Assembly: GCA_951406725.2 (NCBI GenBank)
Contig: OX597818.1
Coordinates: forward strand, 39,246,001-39,310,000
DNA from: Octopus vulgaris
Taxonomy: Eukaryota
Length of the DNA: 64,000 nucleotides
Reading direction: 5' to 3'
Under the pieces are notes generated by a model. The model made no database searches and had not been told where the DNA came from. It saw only the letters and a program-made list of their open reading frames with translations. A program made the translations under genes and the position numbers. Below are positions 12,365 through 24,983 of the stretch, piece after piece (positions within the stretch are counted from its first letter, which is position 1; each line of letters opens with the position of its first letter).

Positions 12365-12960
12365 CTCAAAGTTGAGAGGTAAATACAGTCTGTCACAAAG
12401 GCTTTTGGCTCTCTTGAGAAGCATCTGTGGAGCTGCCATGACGTTCCCCACAAACACGAATATAAAGGTGTACAGTGCCACAGTGCTCCCTTGCCTCCTC
12501 TGTCCTACAGAACACATGACCCTCTATCACTGGCATATCAAGACCCTAATGCAAGTCCAACTTCATCATCTGCACTCCTTCTTGCATATCAGCTGGTGAG
12601 ATTGCATTACAACTGTAGAGGCCCTGTGCCATGCTGATGCATTGGTGTGGAAGCTCTCCTTACATCATTGCAGCTGTGCTGGGTGGGACATGTTTGCAGG
12701 ATGTAGGACAGCAGGCTTCCAAAGGAAGTTTTCTATGCTAAACTGTATCAGGGCAAGAGGAGTTGTGGTTGCCAGAAGTTGCAATATAGGGATATACCGA
12801 AGAGACAAATGAAGAACTCTGGCATCTCCCCAGATACCAGGGAGGAGGTCTTGCAGTGTGATGAATGGCACCAGTCGTTGAGGAGAAACAACTGAGAGAA
12901 TATGAAAGAGCACATGAGAGGCCTCATTTCTCTGTTGTGCCAAACAACTTTACATGCAGC
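12365..12960 (+). mobile_element. RTE-clade LINE fragment (C-terminal to RT), decayed
   Basis: TNIKVYSATVLPCLL..EHMTLY..HI..L..ISW*D followed by LCWVGHVCRM*DSRLPKEVFY, matching RTE C-terminal motifs. Confidence 0.8.
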
Positions 12961-13536
12961 AGACATCATTGCTGCTACAGATCAAGAGCAGGCCTTGTAG
13001 CCAACATGTGAGCCTTTCAGATATGGTTTCTGAACAGAACAGTCAATGTTGGCCTATGACAGACAAATAGACAGCTGATGCCAATGACAAATACAGAAGT
13101 AGTTGGTGAGGCTGGTAATTATCTGAAAATCATTGGTATAGAAATCTCTATGTTGGCTCATGATGAATGCTATGCTTTTGTTGTTTAGTCTCAGAACAAC
13201 TTTAACTGGACAGACATAGGATTATAAGATATTCTTGCTTTGACCACTCCATCTTTTTCCTATCTATTGAAAATTTAGAACCATCTATTTTTAAGATGGT
13301 GATGTATGTTTTTTAAGGAAGACTTAGCTGCCATTTCGAGTAGGTTGAAAGTCTATGTAGATGCTTCCTGCATTAGCTCAGTGGTGGTCTGTGAACTTTT
13401 TTGTTAACTAATGCAAAAGTGTTATAGATATTCTGATAAATAACATCTGAAATAATCACATCTTTTTGTCCACATCTATATTTTTTTATCATTGATATAG
13501 TTTTTTTTTTTTAATAAAAATAAAGCCGTCTTCATC

Positions 13537-13695
13537 TTTTACTTGGTTCAATCTTTTGACTGCAGACCATGTTTGAAAGGTTTTTAGTTGAACAAATTAC
13601 CTCTAGTATTTATTTTTTAAGTTTGGTATTATTCTATTGGTCTCTTTTGCCAAACTGTTATTGGTGGTAGGGGACAAAGACTGATACACACACAC

Positions 13696-13731
<36 letters not shown>

Positions 13732-13762
13732 ACACATATATATACATACAGACATACATACT

Positions 13763-13801
<39 letters not shown>

Positions 13802-13940
13802 GATGGGATTCCACACAGTTTATACTTATTATATTCACTCACAAGGCATAAGTCAACCCAAGGTACTGAGCAACGGGATTGAACCTGACACCATGTAGTT
13901 GCAAAATGAGTTATTTAATGACATGCATTCTTGCACCTAT
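13537..13940 (-). mobile_element. SINE group A, degraded
   Basis: Similar to reverse complement of 10301-10690. Confidence 0.75.
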
Positions 13941-14394
13941 GTTCAAATTTAATTCATTTTTATATTCAGAACACTCTGTGTCAGTTCTCACAATATGTGA
14001 CTTGTTCCCATTTGTATTAGGCTCTTTCCAGCAATTACATAAAATACGTAAATTTCACAGTATCTGCATTTGTATATATCTTCTTTTGTAGCTGCATTTG
14101 TTGTGGCTGATAGTGTTCAGAGTTCACACCCTGCCACGGTTAAATATGCCTTTCGTCCTTTTGAGGACAGTCAAATAAAGTACCAGTTATCCTGTAATTG
14201 GAATCATTGTACTGACTAACACTCTCCCCTCAAATTTTCTGGTTTTTTGCCTTTGCTCCATAAAGCTGTTTTATAAAGCTGATCTGGTTTTTATGTTTCA
14301 CAAAAGATGACAAAATATAACCAAAAGCATGCCCTCAGTTATCTCTTGTATTTACAAAAGTAACCAAAATAATATGAGTCAACAACTAGAATTC

Positions 14395-14880
14395 TTTTAT
14401 CTTTTACATGTTTCAGTCAATGGACTGTGGTCATGCTGGGACACCATCTTAAAAGGTTTTAGTCGAGTCTATCGACACCAGTACTTATCCTTTTATAGTC
14501 TGGTACTTATTCTATCAAGCTCTTTTGCTGAACCACTAAGTCATAGAGATATAAACAAACCAACATCAGTTGTCAAGTAGTGGCAGGGGCAGATAGACAC
14601 AGACACACACAGATACATACTATCATAATCATCATCATCATCATTGTCATCATCAACATTTAACATTTGTTTTCCATGCTGGCATGGGTTGGACAACTTG
14701 ACAGTAACTGGCATGGCTATGGGCTGCACCAGATCTCATAATCTGTTTTGGCTTGGTTTCTATAGCTGGATGCCCTTCCTAACACCAGTCACTTTACAGA
14801 GTGTACTGGGTGCTTTTTACGTGGCACCATCACCAGTGTTTTTTACATGGCACCTTGGTTTTAGGATCTCAATTCTGTTG
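14395..14880 (-). mobile_element. Adjacent SINE fragments (group A tail 14395-14610; group C 14630-14880)
   Basis: Similarity to full-length copies in the window. Confidence 0.75.
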
Positions 14881-15257
14881 TAGAGGGTAGGTCTTCTTGA
14901 GTACCACATATCTCAGTCCTCTGTCATCTCCTTCGTAAAATTCAGTGCCTTGAGATCAGCCTTCAATACACACATACAAGTACATACTATAGGCCACTTT
15001 CAGTTTCCATTGACTGAGTCTAGTCACCAGGCTTTGATCAGCCTCAGGCTATACAATGAGCTTCCATACAATTGTCCTCTACCTATTTCACTCACCAGGC
15101 ATTCTTTGGCATTAAATATGCTAGCATTAACTTGGTCATCTGTCTGCATTCTTGTCTATAAGTAATAAAATATTGGATATACAATTTTTTCATAAAAAGG
15201 TTGTTCAATGTTTTAAATACAAACTGCCAACTTTATAGCCATTTTTATTTATTTCAG

Positions 15258-15371
15258 GATACCATTACATATACACTTGAGACTCCATCTCTTTTCTTCT
15301 CAATAGACAAAACAAGTGGAATTATAAGCATTTCTCAAAATTTGGAAAATGCTCAGAATGATGTTTATAAT
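15258..15371 (+). CDS. Cadherin-repeat exon B4
   Basis: tttcag|GAT...AAT|gtaagt; DTITYTLETPSLFFSIDKTSGIISISQNLENAQNDVYN. Confidence 0.92.
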
Positions 15372-15394
15372 GTAAGTTACTTTTTTTCTTATAT

Positions 15395-15917
15395 TTTATA
15401 CTTGTTTCAGTCATTGAACTGCAGCCATGCAAGGACACTGCTTTGAAGGGTTTAGTCAAGCAAATTGACCCCAGTATTTCCAGTAATTATTTATTAAGTT
15501 TGGTCCTTTGTTTTTTAATTTTTTAATATATTTTTTTTTGTTTTTTAATTTTTTAATTTTTTTTTTTTTGATGAGCCACTAAGTTACAGGGGTGTAAATG
15601 AACCAACACAGGTTGTCAAGCAGTGGCAGAAACAAACATTGGACACACCCCATACACACATATGCACATGCATGCATATGCAACACACACACAGACACAC
15701 ACACAAACACACACACACACACACACACACGTATACACACAGATATATATGATGGGTTTCTACATAATTTCCACCTACAAAGTTCACTCACAAAATATTG
15801 GCCGGCCTGAGCCTATAGCAGAAAGCACTTGGCCAAGGTGCCATGCAGTGGGACTGAACCTGAACCCACATGTTTGGAAAGTGAATTTCTTTGATTTTAC
15901 GACCATGTCTGTGCCTG
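15395..15917 (-). mobile_element. SINE group A
   Basis: Reverse complement of the 10301 type; begins ~24 nt after the exon B4 donor. Confidence 0.85.
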
Positions 15918-17614
15918 TGCATTTTCTAAAAGATTTATCAATTATCTAAAGTTATTTTCAACTTATAAACTTGTTAGATCTTGTAAAATAATTTCATTAA
16001 AAAAGAGTAAAAAAGTTTAAAATTTTTTTATGGAATTATAAAATTCTTTTTAAAAAAGTCATGAAATTTTTTTATAACATCATCAGTGGCTAATTTAATT
16101 GGATTCAAAAGTGGAATAAAGTAAATAGCTGGTGATTGGTATGTTTTCCTCCATCAATGTACCTAATATATCAATCAATCGGAGGAGTATTCCAAAATTT
16201 TAGAAGAGTTTAGAAGAGAAGACCTGTCCGTCATAAGGTCAATTTGAAAATATCACTTTCAAGTACAAGAAGAAAGCTACACAAGAGAAAATCTGGAGAT
16301 GCTACACTAGAAAAAAATAGAGAGAGAATTAGTTGTTTCCTCTTTTTCTCATTCACTCATAAAGAAGCTTAATTTTTACTGATTGAGATTCAAAGCTAGA
16401 AAGTTTCTACCTGGTAGGTTGTTACATGAACAGAATTTTAGCAACAAAAAAAGAAAAGTAAAAATTCAATCACACTTTAACCATAATCATTTCAACTATT
16501 TTTATATCTCACATTACACTGACCAATAAGTTTTGTCCTTTTTTTAGATGATAGGGTATAATTCAAGTAAAACCATTCAAGCCATAAAAGTAACCATATT
16601 TGGGTTGACAAAATATATTGTGTTATTGTTTAGATTAGGATTTCAAATTAATGCTGAGAAAGAAGTCTTACTTTTGATTTTTAACTTTTTCAAACAAAAT
16701 TTAATGAAGGAAGGAATATTTCTGCAGATAAACATAGTTAGAAATGAAGGAATGTTATTTAGCTCAAGAAATGGTATACATTCAGGCAATTGTTAAATTT
16801 TGGATGAAATTTTTGCTGAAAATTACATGAAATATTATTTATATTTATGAAGACACTTCAGAAGTTGTGTTGTAAACAATGGCAGCTCGTGTATAGGTAC
16901 TGCAGAACTGCAGCACCCCTTATTTCCACTCAATATTATTGATTACATTCAATATAATGAGTCCATTTTTCTTTAATTCTTTCTTTTTACTTATACATTA
17001 TATAATGCTTAAGCTTAATGTCAGTAGCCATCCCCTAGTTTATGAAAAAAAAGAACTGTGCACTTCCCAGTTCCAGTGATGCAGTGTTTGACTGTTGTGA
17101 ACATGCTAACATGTCTGAGATAGGAAGTTTCATGCTAGGGAGAGAGAGCACTGTCATTCATGCAGTGCTGACGCTGGTGTGCTAGTGAAAGGAAGTGTTT
17201 ATGACTCAGCATTAAGACTTTGGTTTTTGCTAGATTGACTCTAAGGCCCTTTGATTCTAGACCTTGCTTCCACACCTGAAACTTCTCTTCTATTTCTCCT
17301 CTTATGTTTAAGGAAAAACATTGCAGGCTGGTTGTAAAAATACAAACTCCGTAACCTGTAGAAAGAAATTACTCTTTAATAATTTTTATATATAAAGACT
17401 ACAAACCATAAACCACATCCTAGATCAACTCATGAAATTACATATAGGTAATGTTAAGGTGTGAAATTCTCATGAATATTTGTGTTTTTTTGTTGGTTTT
17501 TTTTAATATTGCAAGATGATAATTTTTAGTAACAACAAAAAGGAAAATAAAAAATATCAACTACTTAAATGGTTTGAATATTTTGATAATATATGGTATT
17601 TTTATATCTCAAAG

Positions 17615-17797
17615 CTGATTGTCCGAGCAACAAACCAAAAGGGTAAGTTTTCAAAAGGATCTCTTCAAATCAATATCCTGCGTCAAGCTGCAAGTTCACC
17701 TACTTTCAAGAACCTACCAAATCAAATTGGAATGATTTTGGTCCAGAATTTCCAGCATCCAATGTATGAAGTTTTTGCAGAATCTCAAAATAACAAG
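17615..17797 (+). CDS. Cadherin-repeat exon A5 (divergent)
   Basis: tcaaag|CTG...AAG|gtaagt (AAG acceptor); LIVRATNQKGKFSKGSLQINILRQAASSPTFKNLPNQIGMILVQNFQHPMYEVFAESQNNK. Confidence 0.85.
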
Positions 17798-18469
17798 GTA
17801 AGTCAGAAATAAAATAAAATGTTGTTTTATAAGAAGGTACTTAAGAAAAGGTATTTTGAACTAAAAATGCATTGGTAAGAGGCTGTGACTGAATGGATAA
17901 TATTCCATTCTCAAAACAGAAAAAAATCATGGATATAAATTATTTGATTAGTGCTATGCTATGTCCTAGGTAAGACACTGTTTCTCACTCATATATGTGA
18001 CAGAAGAGTTGAGGAAAGGATGAAAATAGCTTTAGTGTGAAACATGGAATTAAAACGTGAGACTGTCAAATAGTTTAGTGGTTCCCAGTGACAAAATTAA
18101 ATACTATTGTATAAGAACCAAAAAGACATATCAGATCTTTATGTATGAGAACTATTACAATAATATTTTCTCTTCCACAGTTAGCAAAGGTGAAAGCTAT
18201 TACTCAATCCAAATCCATTCTCTATATTGTAGGTATCTGAGAAAGTGTAATATTTCATTAATCTGAGCTGTAATGAAACATTAGTTCATTGTTTATCTTT
18301 TCTCCTTCAGTTACAAATAACTAGTAATTCTGACATCTTGAGTTACATTTATAAGAGAAGAAAACCTTACAACAAAGATAGATTTTACTTAGTCTACCAG
18401 GGATTAAAGTTTATTTCTAAAAATATATAAATTCAAAGTCATTTTCTCAATGGATGCCAACCAGACATG

Positions 18470-18880
18470 ACTGAGATTTTTGGAAGAAATTGTGCCAAAT
18501 TTTGGCATTGAAAGCTACACCAATGCCAGAACGGGATGACACTGCATGGTGCCAAAGATCCCAACAATGCCATCACGCTTCAGGACCAGTTACTGCAACA
18601 GCCTGGGTTTCAAGGACCCACAGCTTTTTAATATTCTCCCAAAGAGTCTGAGGAACTTGCACATAGTAGATGTAGGGGTTTTTAAATCAAAACTGGACCT
18701 CTTCCTGTCAAGAGTCCCAGATGAACCTACCTCATGGCAAGAGGTGCAAATGAGGGTAGCTATATCAAACTCCATTCTTCACCAAGTGCCACATATTAGA
18801 GGAGGCTCTTAGTAATAACAGTGTAGCAAAACGGTGGTGCATCAGCATGACCGCAGCTCTGAGCTGAAACTAGAGAGAAA
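18470..18880 (+). mobile_element. CR1/L2-like LINE 3' end
   Basis: ORF 18546-18812 NSLGFKDPQLFNILPKSLRNL..VFKSKLDLFLSRVPDEP is typical of a non-LTR ORF2 C-terminus; followed by a short 3' UTR. Confidence 0.8.
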
Positions 18881-19163
18881 AATAAAAATATTTACTTTTA
18901 TATATTGTTGATGGTGAAAACATTAGACACTATTTATACTGCTCATCATTTATTTCTGAAAATTACAGTGGTATCTACTTTCAATGTGGGTAAATGAAAG
19001 TAAATAGAATTAGTTTCCTTTGGAGTTTCTACAAAAACTCCAGTAAAGTTCATATTAATCAGTATGTCCAGTAGTAAGAAATTCAACACCTTAACCTCAC
19101 TGTTATTTATGGAAGAGTCTGTCATAAATATTGTTAATTCATTTTTTGTTGTTTGATTTCCAG

Positions 19164-19292
19164 AGTGTACTTCAGTATGAGATTGATGGAATTTTCCCAT
19201 CAGATGACTTTTTCCGCATTAATAAGACTACTGGCGAGATATATTTGAAGAAAGATGTGAGAACTGACACTCTAAACACAATCAACTACAGG
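19164..19292 (+). CDS. Cadherin-repeat exon B5
   Basis: ttccag|AGT...AGG|gtatac; SVLQYEIDGIFPSDDFFRINKTTGEIYLKKDVRTDTLNTINYR. Confidence 0.92.
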
Positions 19293-19642
19293 GTATACAA
19301 TTTTTGTTTGCTTTATGAGATGGTTTCAAGTTAATTGATGTTAACAATTTACTAGGGCAATAAATCTGTCAGAGACAGTAGATTTTAGGGAAAAGGGATT
19401 TGCAGCATATAGTTTCTTTTTGATTTTTTTTTCCTTCTTGTGTGTGTTCCAACCTAACCCTTTGAGGATCTATTTTTCAACTGTTTGAACACTTACTAAC
19501 ATTCTTTTGTGATTAGCCATGTTGAATTTATAAATACAGAACATTAGTTCTCATACAATTTGAAAACTTGAATTGAGTTCTTAACGAGATATTTTAATTA
19601 AGCACAAACACATGCTTATACATATTTATTTACATGCATGTA

Positions 19643-19882
19643 AATAAAGGTGGTAAGCTGGCAGAAACGTTAGTGCGCCAGGCGAGATGCTTAACGGTAT
19701 TTCGTCTGCCGTAACGTTCTGAGTTCAAATTCCGCTGTAGGTCGACTTTGCCTTTCATCCTTTCGGGGTCGATAAATAAAGTACCAGTTATGCACTTGGG
19801 TCGATGTAATCGACTTAATCCCTTTATCTATCCTTGTTTGTCCCCTCTGTGTTTAGCCCCTTGAGGGCAATAAAGAAATATG
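19643..19882 (+). mobile_element. SINE group B, full length
   Basis: TSD tttacatgcatgta at 19629-19642 and 19883-19896. Confidence 0.92.
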
Positions 19883-19979
19883 TTTACATGCATGTATGTA
19901 TGCACTCATATACATATATAACATTAAAATCAAAATTGTTGATACAACAAGAATAATCATTATTACATTTCTCTTTCAG

Positions 19980-20162
19980 ATCCAAGTTGTTTGTTATACC
20001 CAGGATAATCCTTCCTTAAAATCTCGAGCCATTCTGACAGTAACTGTTGACCGCAACCCTTATTCACCAATATTTTCTCCGAACTTGTATTTCATTCAAA
20101 TATCCCAAAGGGAACGAAAAGGCAAGATGGTTATACAGGTGACAGCCACTGACAGAGACACA
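19980..20162 (+). CDS. Cadherin-repeat exon A6
   Basis: tttcag|ATC...ACA|gtaagt; IQVVCYTQDNPSLKSRAILTVTVDRNPYSPIFSPNLYFIQISQRERKGKMVIQVTATDRDT. Confidence 0.92.
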
Positions 20163-20694
20163 GTAAGTTAACATTTTATTTAATTTCAAGGCTGGCCCTT
20201 GTGAATTACAGGTACAGCTCACTTTTGCCAGCTGAGTGGACTTGCATATAGATTGTAAGAGAGATAGATGGATAGACAGACAGAAAGACACACAAACTTT
20301 TATATGATAACTGAGACTCAATTTCATGCAATGTCATTACTTAAACATGAGCATCAAAGATGTAGCTTTTCAAAACTGCTAGGGATCTATACTTATCTGC
20401 ACTGATGTGGCAATGATTGGCATCTCTAGCAACAGCTGTCCTGAGAGATTATTATCAATATTGGTGCATGCTTTCATTCCTTTATGGAATTTTCATTGAG
20501 TGTCTTGCTTTTCTTGGCTATAGCTAGCAACAGTATACAACTCATAACAAAGCTGTTAAAAATCAAGCAATTCCTGGGTATTTTAAAGGGAAAAATGTCC
20601 TTGCATAAGGCCAATCTCACTTTCTAAATAACGTGTGTATTTATCCCAAAAGAAGAATTAGACTATATCTTTAGGTGTTATATCAGAGTTTTCT

Positions 20695-21452
20695 TTCAAG
20701 AGAGATTCTGGTGGCATGTAAGAGAACCATCTGAACGTGGCTGTGGCCAGCGCCACCCTGACTGGCCTCCGTGCCAGTGGCATGTAAAAAGCACCATCCG
20801 ATTGTGGCCATTGCCAGCCTCATCTGGCCTGCGTGCTGGTGGCACATAAAAAGCACCATCCGATCGTGGCCGTTTGCCAGCCTTGTCTGGCACCTGTGCA
20901 GGTGGCACGTAAAAAGCACCCACTACACTCACGGAGTGGTTGGCGTTAGGAAGGGCATCCAGCTGTAGAAACACTGCCAGATCAGACTGGGCCTGGCGCA
21001 GCCTTCTGGCTTCCCAGACCCCAGTTGAACCGTCCAATCCATGCTAGCATGGAAAGCGGACGTTAAACGATGATGATGATGATGACAGGGGACCAAGATT
21101 CCTGGTGGTTTGCTGTGCTTGAGAAGACATGTCAAGCTAAGTCATCCTTGCATACAGGGATGTCCCCTGCATTTCTCTCCAGCTGAGTGTTCCTAATCCT
21201 GCAGGCTTGTGGGTGCTGGTACCACATAAAAAGCACCCATACTAGTTCCACATAAACACCCTCATACTGAAGCTGAGTAAAAGCACCCAGTACACTCTGT
21301 AAAGTGGTTGGTGTTAGGAAGGGCATCTAGCCATAGAAACCATGCCAAAACAGATATAGAGCCGACGCAGCTCTCTGGCTGACCAATTCTTCTCAAATCA
21401 TCCAACCCATGCCAACATAGAAAATGGACATTAAATGATCATGATGATGGTG
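20695..21452 (+). mobile_element. Two group C SINEs (young 20695-21085 with internal tandem units; older 21190-21452)
   Basis: Both have the ggcgttaggaagggcatcc core and gacgttaaa(cga)tgatgat tail. Confidence 0.88.
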
Positions 21453-21674
21453 TCTAAACAAAGTCTAGGGTTCTGCCACTCCCAGCTGTTGACTCTACTG
21501 AGTTCATCTTTGACAGGTTTTCTTTATCATTCTGCTGGGCTTCAATGATGAAAACCATCCTCCTTACACGCAAAACCAAATACTATGTTTCTCACTATGA
21601 AATTAGTCCTTGGGGTTTAACCACAGAGCCTTTATCAGTTTCAGATGAGTATTCCTGATGATATTTATTAGTTA

Positions 21675-22168
21675 TAAGGCGGCGAGCTGGCAGAAACGTT
21701 AGCACACCGGGCGAAATGCGTAGCCGTATTTCGTCTGCCGTTACGTTCTGAGTTCAAATTCCGCTGAGGTTGACTTTGCCTTTCATCCTTTTGGGGTCGA
21801 TTAAATAAGTACCAGTTACGCACTGGGGTCGATATAATCGACTTAATCCGTGTGTCTGTCCTTTTTTGTCTTCTCTGTGTTTAGTCCCTTGTAGGTAGTA
21901 AAGAAATAGATATTTATTGGTTAGTACTCCAGTTATGAATGTCTTGTCTGCTTTGGTTTCAGATTTTGGCATAAGGCAAGTAGTTTCAGGGGAGAGATTA
22001 AATCAGTTAGATCAATCCCAGGGCTCAACTGGCACTTATTCTATTGACACTGAAAGAATGAAAAGCAAAGTCGAGCCCGGTGGAATTTGAACTCAGAACA
22101 AGAAGATGGACGAAATGCTGCAAGCATTTTGCCCAGTGTGCTAATGGTTCTACCAGCTCACTGCCTTG
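21675..22168. mobile_element. Inverted pair of group B SINEs (21675-21908 +, 21975-22168 -)
   Basis: First copy has TSD gatatttattRgtta (21660-21674, 21909-21923); second is a degraded reverse complement. Confidence 0.85.
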
Positions 22169-22566
22169 TCTATCTTGTAATATTATGTAGATATCCTTAA
22201 TGTCATAGTTAGACCAACATTTTCTGTGAAAAAATCCCTGAGGTTCTTAACTTCAAGAGTTTGAAAAGTGAAGTACAACTTACTCAGAAGGAGAAGGGAG
22301 GCTGTGGTCTGTTTCAGGATGTCTAAAACTGGAGGGAGAGAGGAAAGATGCTGACCTCACATCCAAATGTTTCCAACTGAGTGATCTGTATGAAAGATCA
22401 TCAAGTCTACCTGTTATAAATCAAGTTTTCCAGAAACTTTCACTATAATTTCTAGCAGGTCAAGCAAACATGTAGTTAGGTGGTCCCTTGCTGGCTTGTT
22501 ATTTTACAACTATATTCTTGGTTTTTGTTATTTATATGTTAATCTTTTTATTATGTCTTCTTTCAG

Positions 22567-22701
22567 CCAAACAATATAACATACAGTATAGTAGGCAACA
22601 GCAATGGGCTGATCGCAATGCAATACTTCTTTATCCGTAGTGACACTGGTGAAATTTATGTTAACAACGATCTTAGTACTGTCACTACTAATACCTTCAA
22701 G
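22567..22701 (+). CDS. Cadherin-repeat exon B6
   Basis: tttcag|CCA...AAG|gtaagt; PNNITYSIVGNSNGLIAMQYFFIRSDTGEIYVNNDLSTVTTNTFK. Confidence 0.92.
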
Positions 22702-23099
22702 GTAAGTATTTATATGTATTTGAATAAAGTCTGGATTTTTCTATGACTTACAATCTGAAAATATATTTTTTTTATCTCTTATGTACTTTTTTTATCTGTA
22801 ATCCGTTAGCATTCAGATTACTCTGTTAAATGTAATGTTTATGCAATCCCATTATTTTGAATTAACCCTTTTGTTACCATATTTCTGTTGAGATGCTCTG
22901 AGTTTCATTCCATTAATTTTAAATATAACAAAGAATTTAGTAAAATAACTTCGTTATCTTTAAGCTGGTGTTAGGAACATAAACTGTGACTAAGGTTTGG
23001 TAGACGATTTTAATTCAGAACTTTTGAAATGAAACTAAACAGGATTAATGCTGAGCAACATAAGATTTATTCCTCCAAATTTGAATGAGAAATTCGAAG

Positions 23100-23864
23100 G
23101 TATGTGGATTCCATGAATGATTTCACAAAAACAGGCCATGAAGATGCTTCTTGGAGATGGCACAGAACACATTCACTTTTGTTGAGTCCCTCTCATGCTC
23201 ATGGGGATTTTCTTTACCCCAAATGCGAACATTATGCTTACTGACTTTGCCATTTGTATGAAATTTGGCCTCTACACTGAAAACAAGACATTGCTTGAAC
23301 TTGGTTTCTTCAAGTTTCTCTTGCATATCAACACAGAATTGTTTGTGCTTTTGTTTGTCATCTGCCATTATGGCTTGAATGAGCTGCAGCTTGTAGGTTT
23401 CATTAGCAAGCATTTCCTCAGGACATGCTAAACTGTCATTGGAGGAATCTTGGTTTCCAGACTTGTTCTTCTTATCGACTTCTTGGGGCTTTGCAAGAGT
23501 TTTTGGTGAACCTGCTCACCCGTCCCTTCTGATGTCAGTGGTTGCCCAGATCCCTTTGCTCTGCACAAACAGTCTTCCTCTTTGAATTTTTTGTGCCATG
23601 TCCAAATCTACATTGCCATTGGTGACATTTTAGAGAACTCTCTCACAAATACCTGCTGCACAGTCTTGTTTGACTGTGTTTGAGCATACTCCAACACACA
23701 AAACACCTTTTCTCTTCCAGTGAATGCCATTTCTATACCTGAAAGGATAAACCTAAAATTTTGACCTGATTCTACACATGCTGATAAAATTTGAAGTCAT
23801 TTGAACAAGAACTGGCAAAGTTATTACTTTGCAAAATGATATCAACTTTTTGAAACCACCTGTA
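23100..23864 (-). mobile_element. Tc1/mariner-superfamily transposon relic (rosa/DD41D-like), 3'-truncated
   Basis: LVFSVEAKFHTNGKVSKHNVRIWGKENPH matches FSDEAxFHxxGxVNxHNxRIWGxENP; N-terminus MAFTGREKVFCVLEYAQTQSNKTVQ; terminus ta|caggtggtttcaaaaag. Confidence 0.8.
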
Positions 23865-24246
23865 CAAAGAAAATGGAGAATGCGTACACAGAACAATCAA
23901 TATATTTATTATAAAAGTCAATATATGTTACCTATGTGCACTTCAGTTTATTACGTAAATCCATATTTATGCAATTAAATTGCATTATGAATTTGAAAAA
24001 GCAAAAACCTTCATCGGGGCAAAAATTGATTGTTATTTTTTCACACAGTCGAACACACAGAGAGTTCATTCTAACTGAATTGTAGCATGTGCATCTTGGA
24101 TTCTGTTCTGAACAGAATTAAAGACGCACATGCTACAATTCAATTAGAACAAACTCTCCATCCATTAGGCTGTGTGAAAAATAACACTCAATTTTTACCT
24201 TGATAACAATCAACTTCTGCCCTGATGAAGGTTTTTGCTTTTCCAA

Positions 24247-24597
24247 GCCAGCGCTGCCTCGACTGGCTCCAGTGCCGGTGGCACATAAAAAGCACCATCC
24301 GAACGTGGCTGATGCCAGCGCCGCCTTGGCTGGCTTCTGTGCCGGTGGCACGTTAAAAGCACCAACCGATCGTGGCCGATGCCGGACTCCCCTGGCACCT
24401 GTGCAGGTGGCATGTAAAAAGCACCCACTACACTCGCCGAGTGGTTGGCGTTAGGAAGGGCATCCAGCTGTAGAAACTCTGCCAGATCACACTGGAGCCT
24501 GGTGCAGCCCCTGGCTTCCCAGACCCCGGTCGAACCGTCCAACCCATGCTAGCGCGGTAAACGGACATTAAACAATGATGATGATGATGATGATGAA
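24247..24597 (+). mobile_element. SINE group C
   Basis: Core and (GAT)n tail; CpG-rich, so probably young. Confidence 0.9.
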
Positions 24598-24685
24598 ATG
24601 CATAATGCAATTTAGTGGCATAAATATAAATTGAAGTAATAAACCGAAATGCATGTAGGCAATATGAATTGACTCTTACAATAAA

Positions 24686-24983
24686 CTAGCAGTATCGCCC
24701 GGCGTTGCTCGGGTTTGTAAGGGAAATAACTATATAAGCATTTTTAGAGAGTTATAGCCAAAAAATAGCAAAAAAAATGCATTAAAAATGGAAAAAAATG
24801 ATGGTAAATTATTTTTAAAATCGTAGACTCATCGTAGACACGCACTAATACCCAGAAGGGCTCGATATGAATCACGACTATAAGATACCCGCTTTTGGTT
24901 ACACTGCACCGCAAAATGTGGGAGTAGTTAGGAATCTAAATCGTAGGAGAAAGACACACAAGTTGACTTTTATTATATAAAGA
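24686..24983 (-). mobile_element. Non-autonomous Helitron (298 bp)
   Basis: Minus strand: a|TCtttatataataaaag ... cccgagcaacgccggg hairpin ... gCTAG|t; inserted between A and T with no TSD. Confidence 0.88.

Noticed and set aside
16548-16796. ORF after a ttttag acceptor-like site
   Set aside because: No cadherin motifs, and the A/B alternation is complete without it
20700-20925. Regularly spaced ggcaYRtaaaaagcacc repeats resembling a CRISPR array
   Set aside because: Eukaryotic context, intervening sequences are homologous to each other, no cas genes; internal SINE tandem units
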